Shown: positions 24,701-36,176 of the stretch, one piece after another
Position numbering within the stretch: position 1 is the stretch's first letter
Layout of the letters: each line of letters opens with the position of its first letter
From: Paragordius varius
Taxonomy: Eukaryota > Animalia > Nematomorpha
Direction: 5' to 3'
DNA length: 64,000 bases
Assembly (NCBI GenBank): GCA_964247055.1
Contig: OZ176050.1
Span: 2,914,001 to 2,978,000, forward strand
The notes under the pieces: generated by a model
Told to the model about the DNA's origin: nothing
The model's input: the letters and a program-made list of their open reading frames with translations, nothing else
The model's database searches: none
Translations under genes and position numbers: made by a program

Positions 24701-26889
24701 ATGGATAGCAATGTAGAGGCTTTAATCAATATCAGCGACAAAATCGATGATAAATTAAATATTTTGGAAGAAAAGCAGAAAAAGCTTCTTGAAATTTTAA
24801 CAAATTCCTATGATAATCTTAAAAATTTTACATTCGATAATAATAAAGTGGAACCAATTATAGCTCCTATCAAAAAGCATTGTGCTAAAAAAACTATCGC
24901 TCAAATCCCTACAAAAGTTACTCCAAAATCCCATAAAGAGTCATCCATAAAAATTTTAAATATAAATGAGCACATTAATCAAGAATCGATGGGGACTTTT
25001 ATTAAAGCCGATATTGATAAATATAAAATTGCACGATACGTCCCTCATATCTGTTCTCCAAAATGCTTATCCGCATTTTCTATAGACCCAAAAAACTTTC
25101 AATCTCACATTAGTATATTGTATATTCCTATACAAACAGGATGGAATCGGATATTAAAAAATAACAATAAGGTAAAATTATTTTAATATTTAGGTAACAT
25201 ATGTAACCCCTTGTGGTGTTGCCATATCAAGTTATCGCGATCTCTTATCTTATTTAATTATAACTCAATCCAGAATACCGGTTGATTATTTTAGTTTTAG
25301 CGAGAATCTTTCTATTTCCCGCAATTTTGAAGCCACAGCCAGTATTATTGATGAGGATATATCCAATAATCAGGAACGCATAAATATCCCGTGTGTTAAT
25401 AGTTTTGATTTTTCGTATCCACCTCATTTTGTGTACAGTCCCTGTATAAAGCCCAGCTCCTCCGTTCCCATTTGTTATGATATGGTCACTAGCCAATCGT
25501 TCACGTGTGGATGTACATGTGCAGACGGTATTTGTCAAGATTCAGATAGTTGTGAATGTCAGCGCACAACAGCTGATTCCGCTATTCGTATTGGAGTTCG
25601 CCTCTTCAATAATTTAACTGCAGCCACGAGCACAAGATTGAATGACCCCAACAATGTTTCGGGCTACGTGACTGGCGGTTACATGTATCGCCGGCTACCT
25701 CAACCCCTAGGGACTGGGATATATGAATGCAATCAAAACTGTGCATGTAACAAACGATTATGCCTTAATCGCGTGGTCCAAAGCGGGATTCGTCACAAAC
25801 TCCAACTTTTTTGTACGGCCGAAAAGGGTTGGGGCATTCGATGTTTGAATGATATTCCCCTGGGCTCTTTCGTTTGCACATATGCCGGCCGAATCCTTAC
25901 GGACCGAGAAGCAGAACTCATGGGCTACGAAGAGGGCGATGAATATTTGGCTCAGATTGATTTTATTGAATGTGCCGAATACTTGAAACAAGATTATGCT
26001 CGCTCGAATAATCAAACGGTCGATCCGGACATCATTGCACAATGGGATAAGCGTAAAGATATATCAGGTTTTTGGTATATATGTAATTTACTGAAATTGT
26101 GCATTATTTAATCCTATTTGTCTAGCAGTTACATAAATGTGTTTTTGACCTTAATTCGCCCATTTTATTCTTTTTAAGTATGGGATATGCGATTGGTTTA
26201 TATCAATAAAGTGATTCAGTTTTAGGATAAAAGATGGTAAAAGTTTTGACTCTAACAATATATATAATTTGGAATTAAGGCAGCTATATTCATTTTTACT
26301 TAATATTTTGCACAATGTAGGCAATAGTGTACGCACCGTAGCCAGATCATCCCTTCCCCTTTTGCGACAGCAACATCAACATGCAGCACCAAACGAACAC
26401 GGTAACCAAGTTTTGGATGAAAATAGTGTAGATGAAACTTTATCAACGGAATCAAGTAGCGATATAAACAGTCTCCAACCATCCACATCACAAATCGTAT
26501 CAACTACTCAGCAGGATAATGCCAAGATACTTAATGGCCATGGTTATGAAGGCGATAGGGATAATAACGCGGCAATCACAAATGGAAATAAAAAACGAGG
26601 AACGCGAGATCTATTTAACACAGAGAGTTGGGGTTACGTCATGGACGCTAAGAAAGAAGGTAACATTGGCCGTTTCCTGAACCATAGTTGTGATCCCAAT
26701 TTGTTTGTTCAAAATGTGTTTGTGAATGCACATGATATTCGGTTTCCGGCTATTGCGCTTTTTGCTAATCGTACTATCCGAGCCGGGACCGAACTAACCT
26801 GGAATTATGGGTATGAGATTGGTAGCGTTAAGGGTAAGGAGATTGTATGCAAATGTAATAGCCATAAATGTACTGGACGGTTATTGTAA
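24701..26889 (+). CDS. SETDB1: SETDB1/eggless-family H3K9 methyltransferase, about 637 aa (MBD, pre-SET, bifurcated SET, post-SET)
   Basis: Exons 24701-25171, 25194-26067 and 26321-26889. MBD-like [11 protein letters not shown]...VTYVTPCG; pre-[21 protein letters not shown]...[10 protein letters not shown]; [25 protein letters not shown], then an insert, then [14 protein letters not shown] and ELTWNYGY; post-[16 protein letters not shown]1 versus SETDB2 orthology is not resolved. Confidence 0.9.
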
Positions 26890-27081
26890 CAATATTATGC
26901 GATAGATTTTTTCTTCATTCTCCACCATATAATGCATTTATATAGGTCGCACCAGGCCTGCACATATATCCGTTTGATTGAACACCAAATACTATATAAT
27001 TTATTGACAAAAGCTTGTGATTTAATTACTATATCACAAATAAATATGTGTACTACATAAATTAATACAATTAATAAAATC

Positions 27082-29418
27082 TTAAAAATTGTAATTTGAC
27101 AATCGGGACATTAGCTCCTTTTGTTTTTTGGCAAAAATGTGTCCGTATGGTCTAATTTTTGGATCCAAAACATTCCAATCTGGGATTGGAAATTTCGAAT
27201 CAGCCTTTGATTCTTGGATGTCTGTCTTATCTGTGGGTAAATTTGTTGAAGGGGTTTGCTTAGTTGTTCCTCCCTTTAATATGAGATCAATGAGATGTCT
27301 TTTTGGTGGAAATTGTATAAGGAATGGCAGTAAAGGGTTGGTCATATGAGATAATTGACTCGTTGATACAAGATAAGGAGAATCTATGATAAAAATAAGT
27401 TACACTAAAATTGACAATAAAATAATCGGTCTAAACTGCTTTTAATAAGTCATTTATGGTCAACAAACATTTAGCTATTATTACAACAACTATATAATAA
27501 TAAAACAATCACATTCGATGTCAAAAAATTTAAATCAAACATTTTAACACGTTTGTCAAAATTTAAGCTAACAAACCTTTTGGCAGATATTTAGCTAATA
27601 GACTGCGTTTATTTGTGTCACTCAAAAAAGCTGCCATCTTTTGTCGCAAAATAATTTGCGTTTCAATTAGGAGCTGTCCTTTGTCAGAACTACTGAGTGA
27701 TGCCGATGTAATGTTAAATCTATGGTTCCAATTCGTTGGTTGGCATTGAAGAGCTTTTATCATTATATAAGCGCCGGTCCATGCAGCAATCAAAGGAGAA
27801 ATAGATTTATATTTTCCGCTGTCACATGTGACTTTAGGCAATGTGTGATATTTTAATGGGTTAAGGTAAGGTTTGACGCTAAAATAATTGAATGGAATAA
27901 ACTTACATATTGGCCAATACAATTGAAAATAGTTAAAAAAATCGTTTCACAGTAATATTAAATAAAAATTCGTTCTTTTTCCAATCTTGCTTTTTCTATA
28001 ACGTTTCTTAGGTTGCGAAATAAGGAGTAGAGACGTAGATTGGTAACATTAATATTTTACTATTATCATGTAAATAAAAAAAGATAATTAATAAATACGT
28101 GATTATAGGAAAATTATGTTTTTTTACATTTTTAATTTTAATATTTACTGTAAATGCATCAATATACTAAAAATTTTATTCAAAATCAATATTTTACCTA
28201 TAAGCTAATGAATTTTTAATTAACCAAAGCAACTCCTCTTTCATGCGAACCTCAAAACCGGGAATCATACAAAGGCCCCCAACAAATAAAATATTTTGAG
28301 CCAATTGAGTTCGACAATCGATTGGACACTAATTATATATTTTAGGTTAAATAAAAATTTATTTATAAATAACCAGAGAATAATTCTATATAGATTAATT
28401 ATAATAAACATAAAACATAACCTCAGTGATGGTGTCCAAAATTAGAGAGGGAACCGTTTCATTATCAACATTAGGCAAAAATATTAGCTCACAAAATAGC
28501 TCTCTTACCCAACCAGGAAGTCGAAAATTTTTAAATGCAACATATTCATCCATCAAAATATCTAATTAGGATAAAATCTAATTTATAAAAATTTTTTGAA
28601 AAAGTAATTAAATATTATACCATCTACAAAATATTCTTTTGGACAATTTTCGATGACTTTATTAAAATCTCCTTCCAACAACGAAGCGATACAATTCGAA
28701 TATGCTAGGGCGTTTTTTCGATTCGCAACATGAAAAATTCGAGGCTAAAAATATTAATAAAAATTACCACTAACTGTACAAGATTTTCGTAACCTATTAA
28801 TTGAATTGTATCGTTATCAAATGAGTTTTTATCCAGATAATATGCTAGAAAGGAGGCAAATATATCTAAAATGCGATTAAATCCACAGCAATCAAGATTA
28901 AAATTTATATCAGTGCCTGAAAAATTCCATTCTTTGCCCTTAGTAAGTATGGTTGTATCTGAAAATATTGGAAGAATGGAAATTTGTGAAAAACCACAAT
29001 CAACAACACAAAAAGCTGTAACCAAAATGTCATGATGCTGATTAACGATTTCACTTATTGGAAATATATTGTAAGTTGCAGCGATATGGGAGGGGATAAA
29101 TGCCATACTATCGATTCCCATTTTTTTCATGCAGTATACAGTTGCAGATTTAAATTCATTAAAAGAAGTTAAAGTGTTTTCCAAAATAAAAACTTTGGCA
29201 GAAAGCGCATTATTGTTGGGATCAATTAATAAATAATTATAGAAAATATTTTTAAAAAAATCAAAAAGCACTGCTATTTCTATATGCCTGTCCCTACCAT
29301 TCAAAAAACTAGATATTAAATTTGGAGTGAGTATTAGGTATGGATGATACGTTGATAATGTGCCACATTTCGTAAAATTAGACCCAATATCAATAATTAT
29401 TGTGTTGGTCTTGTCCAT
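27082..29418 (-). CDS. ACTR10: Actin-related protein 10 (dynactin pointed-end Arp10/Arp11), about 549 aa
   Basis: Exons 29418-28768, 28744-28621, 28561-28422, 28328-28198, 27878-27577 and 27383-27082, all phase-compatible. Motifs IIIDIGSNFTKCG, VVDCGF, VPSLILDTITECPIDCRTQLAQNILFVGGLCMIPGF, AAWTGA and IPDW. Confidence 0.9.
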
Positions 29419-29850
29419 AATTTAAAGCATGAATGTGACATATGATGCCTTTGTTTAAAAAGTATATCAAATGGTATATAATGTATACAAGTCATACAAT
29501 ACATATAAAGAGCTTATGTTTTTATCTGATTTGGATTTGGCCCAAAGCTCATATTTTTAAAAAAATATATTGTTTAATTAATTTAGCCAAAATATATATA
29601 TAAAACATAATACTTATTAAAAATTTAATGTAACACTGAGACTTTAAAAATTATTCATGAGGTGGCACATGGGGGTAGTGAGAGATAACACTTGTGGATA
29701 AAACAAAATAATTTTTATAATAGAATCCCAGAAAATCCGAATTATGTTTTTGTTCAAAGAATTTTCCTGATAGATTTTACCAAAGTAATAAGAAAAACTA
29801 AGCCTATCTGTCTATCTTTATAAATATTTATTATGCTTTCACTGCCTTAA

Positions 29851-30397
29851 CACTTCGATTCAATTTGGGGTAAATACCCCAGACTAAATTTGAGTTAGAA
29901 TTTTTAAAAAACTACTGAAGGAAACGGTCCCAATTTATTTATGCTTCTATCCTAATAAAAATTATATAAATATGCCAAAATATCTAAAAAAAATTTATTT
30001 TGAAAAAAAAGTTCCATGTCAAACTACTTCGACGCCATTTTTATTTTACAAAATTTTTGTAAAATATCGTCTTCATTTAATTTTAAGGGTAAAATTAAAG
30101 CTATTTTATTTAAATTACAGCTAACATTGATATAAATAGAAAAGGCGGTTTATTCCGTAGTATTTTACAATTTTACCATTCCACACATGTCACGTTAACG
30201 AAATGTCTACCTCTCGGTTTTAGTTTAAAATACGTAATATCAAGTATTTCTGTTTATTAATGTTATATAAGTGCACAATTTTGCCATGGTTTCGATTCCT
30301 TCCATATTTTTTAATGAATTTAATATAAAATAGACCTGGGGTATTTAACTACCCCTTTAGAATCGATAGGCTAAAATGAATCTGTTGTATCCAAGTG
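29851..30397 (-). mobile_element. piggyBac-like MITE (547 bp), same family as 22524-23098
   Basis: TTAA at 29847-29850 and 30398-30401, CACTT/AAGTG termini, and internal sequence that is the reverse complement of the 22.5-kb copy. Confidence 0.8.
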
Positions 30398-30497
30398 TTA
30401 ACAATGCTTCCCAGATTGAGTAATTTAATTAGCTTAGTTAATTAATTTCAATATTTGTGCAAGGTAAATTTCTCATTCGGTCCTTTGGACATTCAAT

Positions 30498-30584
30498 ATG
30501 GAGAAACTTATTGGAATAGATGTAATGATAGGAAAAATAAATAGCGACGGAATGCCGCCTACGACTTTATTAGACGAGGATGAG
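30498..30584 (+). CDS. Probable first coding exon of an unresolved gene (MEKLIGIDVMIGKINSDGMPPTTLLDEDE)
   Basis: ATG, 29 open codons with raised GC, ending GAG|GTATAT (phase 0). The downstream partner exon was not identified. Confidence 0.4.
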
Positions 30585-31189
30585 GTATATTTTTCTAAGT
30601 TTATCCCACTCATGGCAATCGAAAAATAAATTTTACTACAAAATTACTGTGCTCAGTCGATTATTAGCGCATAATTATTATAATAATATAAATGTTACGG
30701 GCATGACTCGACTCTATAATTTTTCATACATTTTCTGTTTTTTGGTATTAAGTTTAGATAAAATTATAATTAATTAAAGAATTTTTTAGTTACTTTATGG
30801 GTTTTTAATCTAAATGCAACGTGATAAAATTATCGGGTCCTAAAGAAATGATCGTACATATAAATATGGAAATTAATATGAACAATTTTATGATTGAAAA
30901 AAATTATAGATTTAGCTATATATTACCAAAATTTTAAATAAATCGTAGTATTATTTCTAAATATATTCATATTAACTATGACATCTATATTTGATAGTTA
31001 AGTACTTAGGATTTTCGATCCTAAAATCAAAGCTAAAAATATTTAAAAATATTTGAATATTTTACAAATAAAATCTAGATCAAATACACAACTCCGAAAT
31101 TTATGATAACTTTTATTTAATGACAATTTAGTTTGATTTAACATAGTTTACAGGTTTCGAATATGTATAAATCTTTCTGGGCACGCACG

Positions 31190-31451
31190 GTAGATACTAG
31201 GCTTGCAACCCTCCAAAATAATTTTGCAGCCCGCGAGAACTCTCAAATACAAAATTTTAGGTCCATAGAATTGATTTTCTTAAACAAAATTTCCCCTCAA
31301 TTTCCGAATAATTTATAAAATAATTAATACGTTTTACAGACTTATGTTTTAACTCTATAATATTTGTTATTACCCATATATGTTGATGCGGCCCGTCGGA
31401 TTTTTTTATCAGAAAATGCAGCCCTGAAGCCATTTTCGTTGGACACCCTTG
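31190..31451. mobile_element. Degenerate hAT-type MITE
   Basis: GCAGCCCGCGAG and GCGGCCCG internal motifs and right end TTGGACACCCTTG, as in 32369-32649. Left TIR decayed. Confidence 0.45.
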
Positions 31452-32368
31452 TCTTAAGAACATGCTTTATTTATCCATTTGAAGATCTTTGACAATATGT
31501 CGGATCATAAATCTTGAAATAATCTGAGTCACAAAAATGATGGCCTAAATCAAAAGTTTCCACATAAGCTTGTCATTTTCGAAAAACCTTTGTAAATTTT
31601 ATTTTAATGTAATCCAAATAATTATATTAAAATAATTTATGATTTTTAAATTAGTTTGTCTGTGAAATTTTCGACTTTTTTAAGAGTTTAATTGACCATA
31701 TAAAAAATAACTTTTGCATTAGATTGATTTAAATAATTAATTACCATTAAGATTTAGTTTAGGCACCCTTTCGAACTATATAAAATACATGGCTTGATAT
31801 CTAAAACATTTAATTTTAATTTAGAGTTTAATGTTAAGAAACACCAATTATCTATAACCCCTAATTAAAAATTCTTGAGTTTGGACTAATTTTATTTTGA
31901 GATATACTATTTATGTACTTTAAATAAATTAAAATTTACAAGAATGGCAATTAAAAATCAAAATTTGATGTCTACTGTAAGTGTATACATTTTCTTTTCA
32001 GAATATTTATATTTCAATATTTTGTGGACCCAGCTAATTGCTCTGTTTATTAGTTGAAAACTATCGTCAGAGTCAATAATAAACAGAGTAGAGCTTGGGA
32101 TAATAGAAAGCATGGGAAGGATATATGAAGGAATTTGCATTCATCCCGAAAATTAGCCAACATAATTTACTCCTCTAAAAAACTCACAGCAATGCATTCA
32201 ATATGATTTTTTCTGAGAATTCGTATTTCATGTACTAAATATTGAAGTTATACGGACAAAACCTAGAACAACAAATATTTTTTTATAAGGCTGCTATACT
32301 TTTTTAACATTTAAAATAAAACCCATTTATATATTTATGTAAAATTAAAGGGAAAAGAATATTTAAAG

Positions 32369-32649
32369 CAGAGGTGTCCAGCGCACGCCCTCCGAAACTT
32401 TATGTGCGGCCGAAAAATTTGAAATCCATAAATAAAAAATACTCTCATAAAATCTTAATAAATTTGATATTTATTAAACATTTTTCTTAAATAAGTGTAT
32501 TCGAACTGAAGAAAAATGGTATTATGTTTGCATTTACAATCTTATGTGTGAAATCTAATAAATTCTTATCAATGTCCATAGGTTTGAATTCCACCAGCCG
32601 AGTTTTGTAAATCAAAAATGCGGCCCGCTATTTACGTTGGACACTCCTG
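32369..32649. mobile_element. Buster-type hAT MITE (281 bp)
   Basis: TIRs CAGAGGTGTCCA and TGGACACTCCTG. 8-bp TSD ATTTAAAG/GTTTAAAG (7 of 8 match) with central TA. Confidence 0.8.
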
Positions 32650-33214
32650 GTTTAAAGTGTGATTAACTTTTTATTTTTATTTTGTTTTTATGTTTAGTCT
32701 GTATAATTTCATATACTGTATATGACTAAAACTAATCTTAATAATTAAAAATTAATTAACATACAAACCAGGATTTTAACTAATAGGATTTTGTGGATAT
32801 TATTCTACTATATGGACTTAAATAACAACCCTATTTTTTACAAATTTATAAAATATTTAGTTTAACAAAAATAATTCCCCCTTTAATTGTGAGTGAATTA
32901 TTTAGATTTTTGCGCTCTACATACAAATGATGGGTTTATTATGACGTTAAAATATAACATTGATTGTTAAACCGTGAGTTTATTTAACATTTTATTATAA
33001 CAATCATTATAATTTAACAAAATCTCTAAAATAATTAAACACTCACAAAAATATTTATATAAAAACAGTAATGCTTTCAAATATCTACTCTAATTGAGTA
33101 TCATATACCTAACTTTATAAAAACATCCAAAGAATCATATATATTTGGTCTCGACCGGAATCCCACTCTATTATATAAAACCCATAATCTTAAAGTTCAA
33201 AAACTCCTACCAAA

Positions 33215-36176
33215 ATGCTTATGTGTGATACAATTAATAAATACAACTTGCCATCATCTACCAATCCATTTGATGACGATTGGAATGTACAGGCTGAGAA
33301 TTTCGGTAAATTCAAATTACCTTTAATACTATAAAAAATATCATTCATATTAACCATTTAAGATATTGTTTGATATCATTGAAAGCAAAAAAGGTATATA
33401 TTTTGAGAGAGTAGTTTTAAAGCAGAGCAGATAAAACCGCGAAATTTTTTTATAAAATCTTCTATTAATTTAAAATTGATAGTCAAGTATCCCGGTACAA
33501 AAAAATATATTGCTTAATATCTATTTTGGAATTTACAAATAATTTTTAAGATGAGAGAAATCCAATTTCATTGCGACACTCATTTTTTTATTAATAGAAT
33601 AAAATTTTGCCATTGTATTTGACGTAAATATATATATTTATAGGTAAATAATTTACAATGATAATTTTTTATAATCAACTACAATCGAATATCAGTATTC
33701 TACAAATCCATTTAGTGACAACTTTAAAGAGCCATCAGAATTAGGTTATTTGCTTATTAAATCAATATTAATTACAGGGAAATGTTCTATAATATTAAAC
33801 CTATCAAATTGGCTAAATTGCCATTATGATTATATATATACAAATATAGTTTACAAAAATTATGACTTATGCTTTGAGTTTGAGATCTCACGAGTATTAA
33901 TTTTTTCCCTTTTTTGTACCGTATAAAAGCTAAAAAGCTTCAAATTTTTTTTGTTTTCATATACATATATATATATTATTAAAATTTGATACGAAATTTG
34001 GACCCCTCTAAAATTAACTGGTTTATTACATTAATCTCAAAAATGAAGATTGCATCTGTAAAAATATTTATATATGACAAAATAGACTGACATCAATAAA
34101 TTATTTTTGAAAAGCATTCATTTTTACTTTTTCGATTTCTGCAAAATTGTTTTAAAGCGTATTTTATCGTTTACAGCATGGTGGAATCGGTATCAATATA
34201 CTCTAAATATCGATGTTAATTTCTATTTCCTCAGAATTCTGAGATTTGTTGAATTTCAAGTTAAATAAAAAACGAATTTTTACAAGTTCTTGATATTAAA
34301 TTTTAACAAGCATGGAATAATATAGAATAAATGTTTTCATTAATGGTGTTTTATACCAGGATTATTCAAAACACGAACGCTTCAACAAAGTATTGCCAAA
34401 ACTAAAAGCAAAGTTTACATGTTAAAAATAAGTTATTTAATTTTCATGATCTAGCATATATTAGAAATTCTTTTCGCGCAATATGGGCCTTTTGCGTTTA
34501 TTGTGATTAAATGATTCATTGCAGCTGGTCCTATGTTTCTAGGGCCCCCATTTAAAAATAATTGAAATTAAAAATATACAGTTTCCTCTTAAACTTTCTT
34601 TTATAGTTAAATTGATTGTAAGCGTTTTACTTTTACCAAAAAGTTATTTGATATAATGCGTCAAATTTTGCCATGAAGCATTACAAAAGTAGAATAACTA
34701 TCTTAATTATCTCATGAAGCCCTTAATAAAAATCACTATCAAAATTTTGATCTTAATTTTTTCTGTGTGCACTATGTATTTAAATTATATACAATATGAC
34801 GATTTACGATAGATTCAAATCCAATGAAGGATAATAAAACATCTACGAACCCCTTTGACGACAATTATAAAGAGCCTAGTTTACCAGGTCATATTTTATT
34901 AGATATATTAAATGTTTTATCTACAGTATAATTCACGAATTTCCCCATAAATTTGTCGGTTTAATTAAGAAGTGTTTATGTTTCTCATTTAATACCGAAT
35001 ATTTGAATTAACTAAACTTTTACTTACAAAGCTGTAAGTGGTTTTAGTTTTAACAATTTGAATATAAATATATTTATATTTGGGTCAGTAATTTTTGATA
35101 AAAATTTTGATAGTTAATTTTATATTTGTAAATTACTCCTAATTATTCCTAATAAGTCATAAATTTTTTGATAAAACTTGTTGAAATGATCTTTTCTTCT
35201 CATTGGCTTGAAATTAATTAAGTAATTCTAAAATGAATTGTATATGGTTAAATATATCATAATACCGAATTCGACGGTATATTATGATTGCAGATTTTAA
35301 CCCATTCACATGCATCAAATCAATCAACCGCCAATACGTAAACAAAGAGATGCCGAATGAAAATATAAACGCAGAAACAAGAGAATCCTACTTCCTCAAC
35401 GAAATTCCCCCTAACCAAATGGGAGAAGGCCTCTTATCATCACAAAGTAAAAATATTTATTAAATTAAAAAAGTAATTTTGGTTGAATATGAAACTTTTA
35501 ACAAAATACATGTTATATAACTTGACCTGGGTAATACAGTGCAATAATAATTAATCCATACAATTTTTCGGAAATTATTAAATTTTATACTAAATCCCCA
35601 CACCTAAAATAGAATGGGAATTTTAAAAATTGGGAATTAAAATAAAATCTTAAATAATGTTTGTTAAAAATTAATTTATTTAAATTTAAATTACTTTCAG
35701 ATTCGAAAATGAAAAATCGAACATCTTTGAAACGAGCATTTAACAGGGCCTTTGGGGGCCGCCAACCCCAAAGTGCTTCTGGAGAATGTAGGAACCAAAA
35801 TGAGATATCTCAAAAGGTAAATAACAATAAAAAGAATATACTAACCATATTCATTGGTTGTAAAAAGGAAAATGCAGAATTAAAAACAAATAATAGCCAA
35901 CTGAAAGTTAAAAATCTATTCAAAATATCATTTTCGAAAAACAAGTCATCTACCGGACACTCTGGGGGCCGCCAACTCCAGGGTGCTCCTCATCATATTA
36001 CCCGGAATGAAGAACAAAAAGTTAATAATGATAAAAAGATATTTAGTCGTATACTCTCAATTTTCCATAGGAAAAACAAGGAAGAACAAAAAATGGTAAA
36101 ATTAATCCACGATTCGATAATTTTAGGATCAATAAAATCTCTTTCCAACGGTCAAAATGGTATAATATTTGTTTAA
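33215..36176 (+). CDS. Orphan NPF-motif protein built from phase-1 symmetric exons
   Basis: Exons 33215-33305 (STNPFDDDW), 34813-34887 (STNPFDDNY), 35294-35446 (DFNPF) and 35701-36176, all phase 1 to phase 1. The start codon is uncertain: an acceptor at 33195 could link to upstream exons. Confidence 0.7.

Noticed and set aside
25254-27349. Antisense ORFs at 25254-25538, 25758-26042, 26151-26336, 26300-26503 and 27128-27349
   Set aside because: Mostly shadows of SETDB1 and Arp10 coding exons on the opposite strand (26151-26336 lies largely over a SETDB1 intron), with no independent motif.
27960-28065. Extra or alternative Arp10 exon
   Set aside because: The only acceptor gives a stop within 17 codons or sooner in every phase, and the exon 4 to exon 5 join already works.
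31958-32140. 60-aa ORF with a faint likeness to the small-GTPase 'FVVDS' strand (TLFIIDSDD)
   Set aside because: It has a stop immediately upstream, no P-loop or other GTPase exons nearby, and the similarity is too short.
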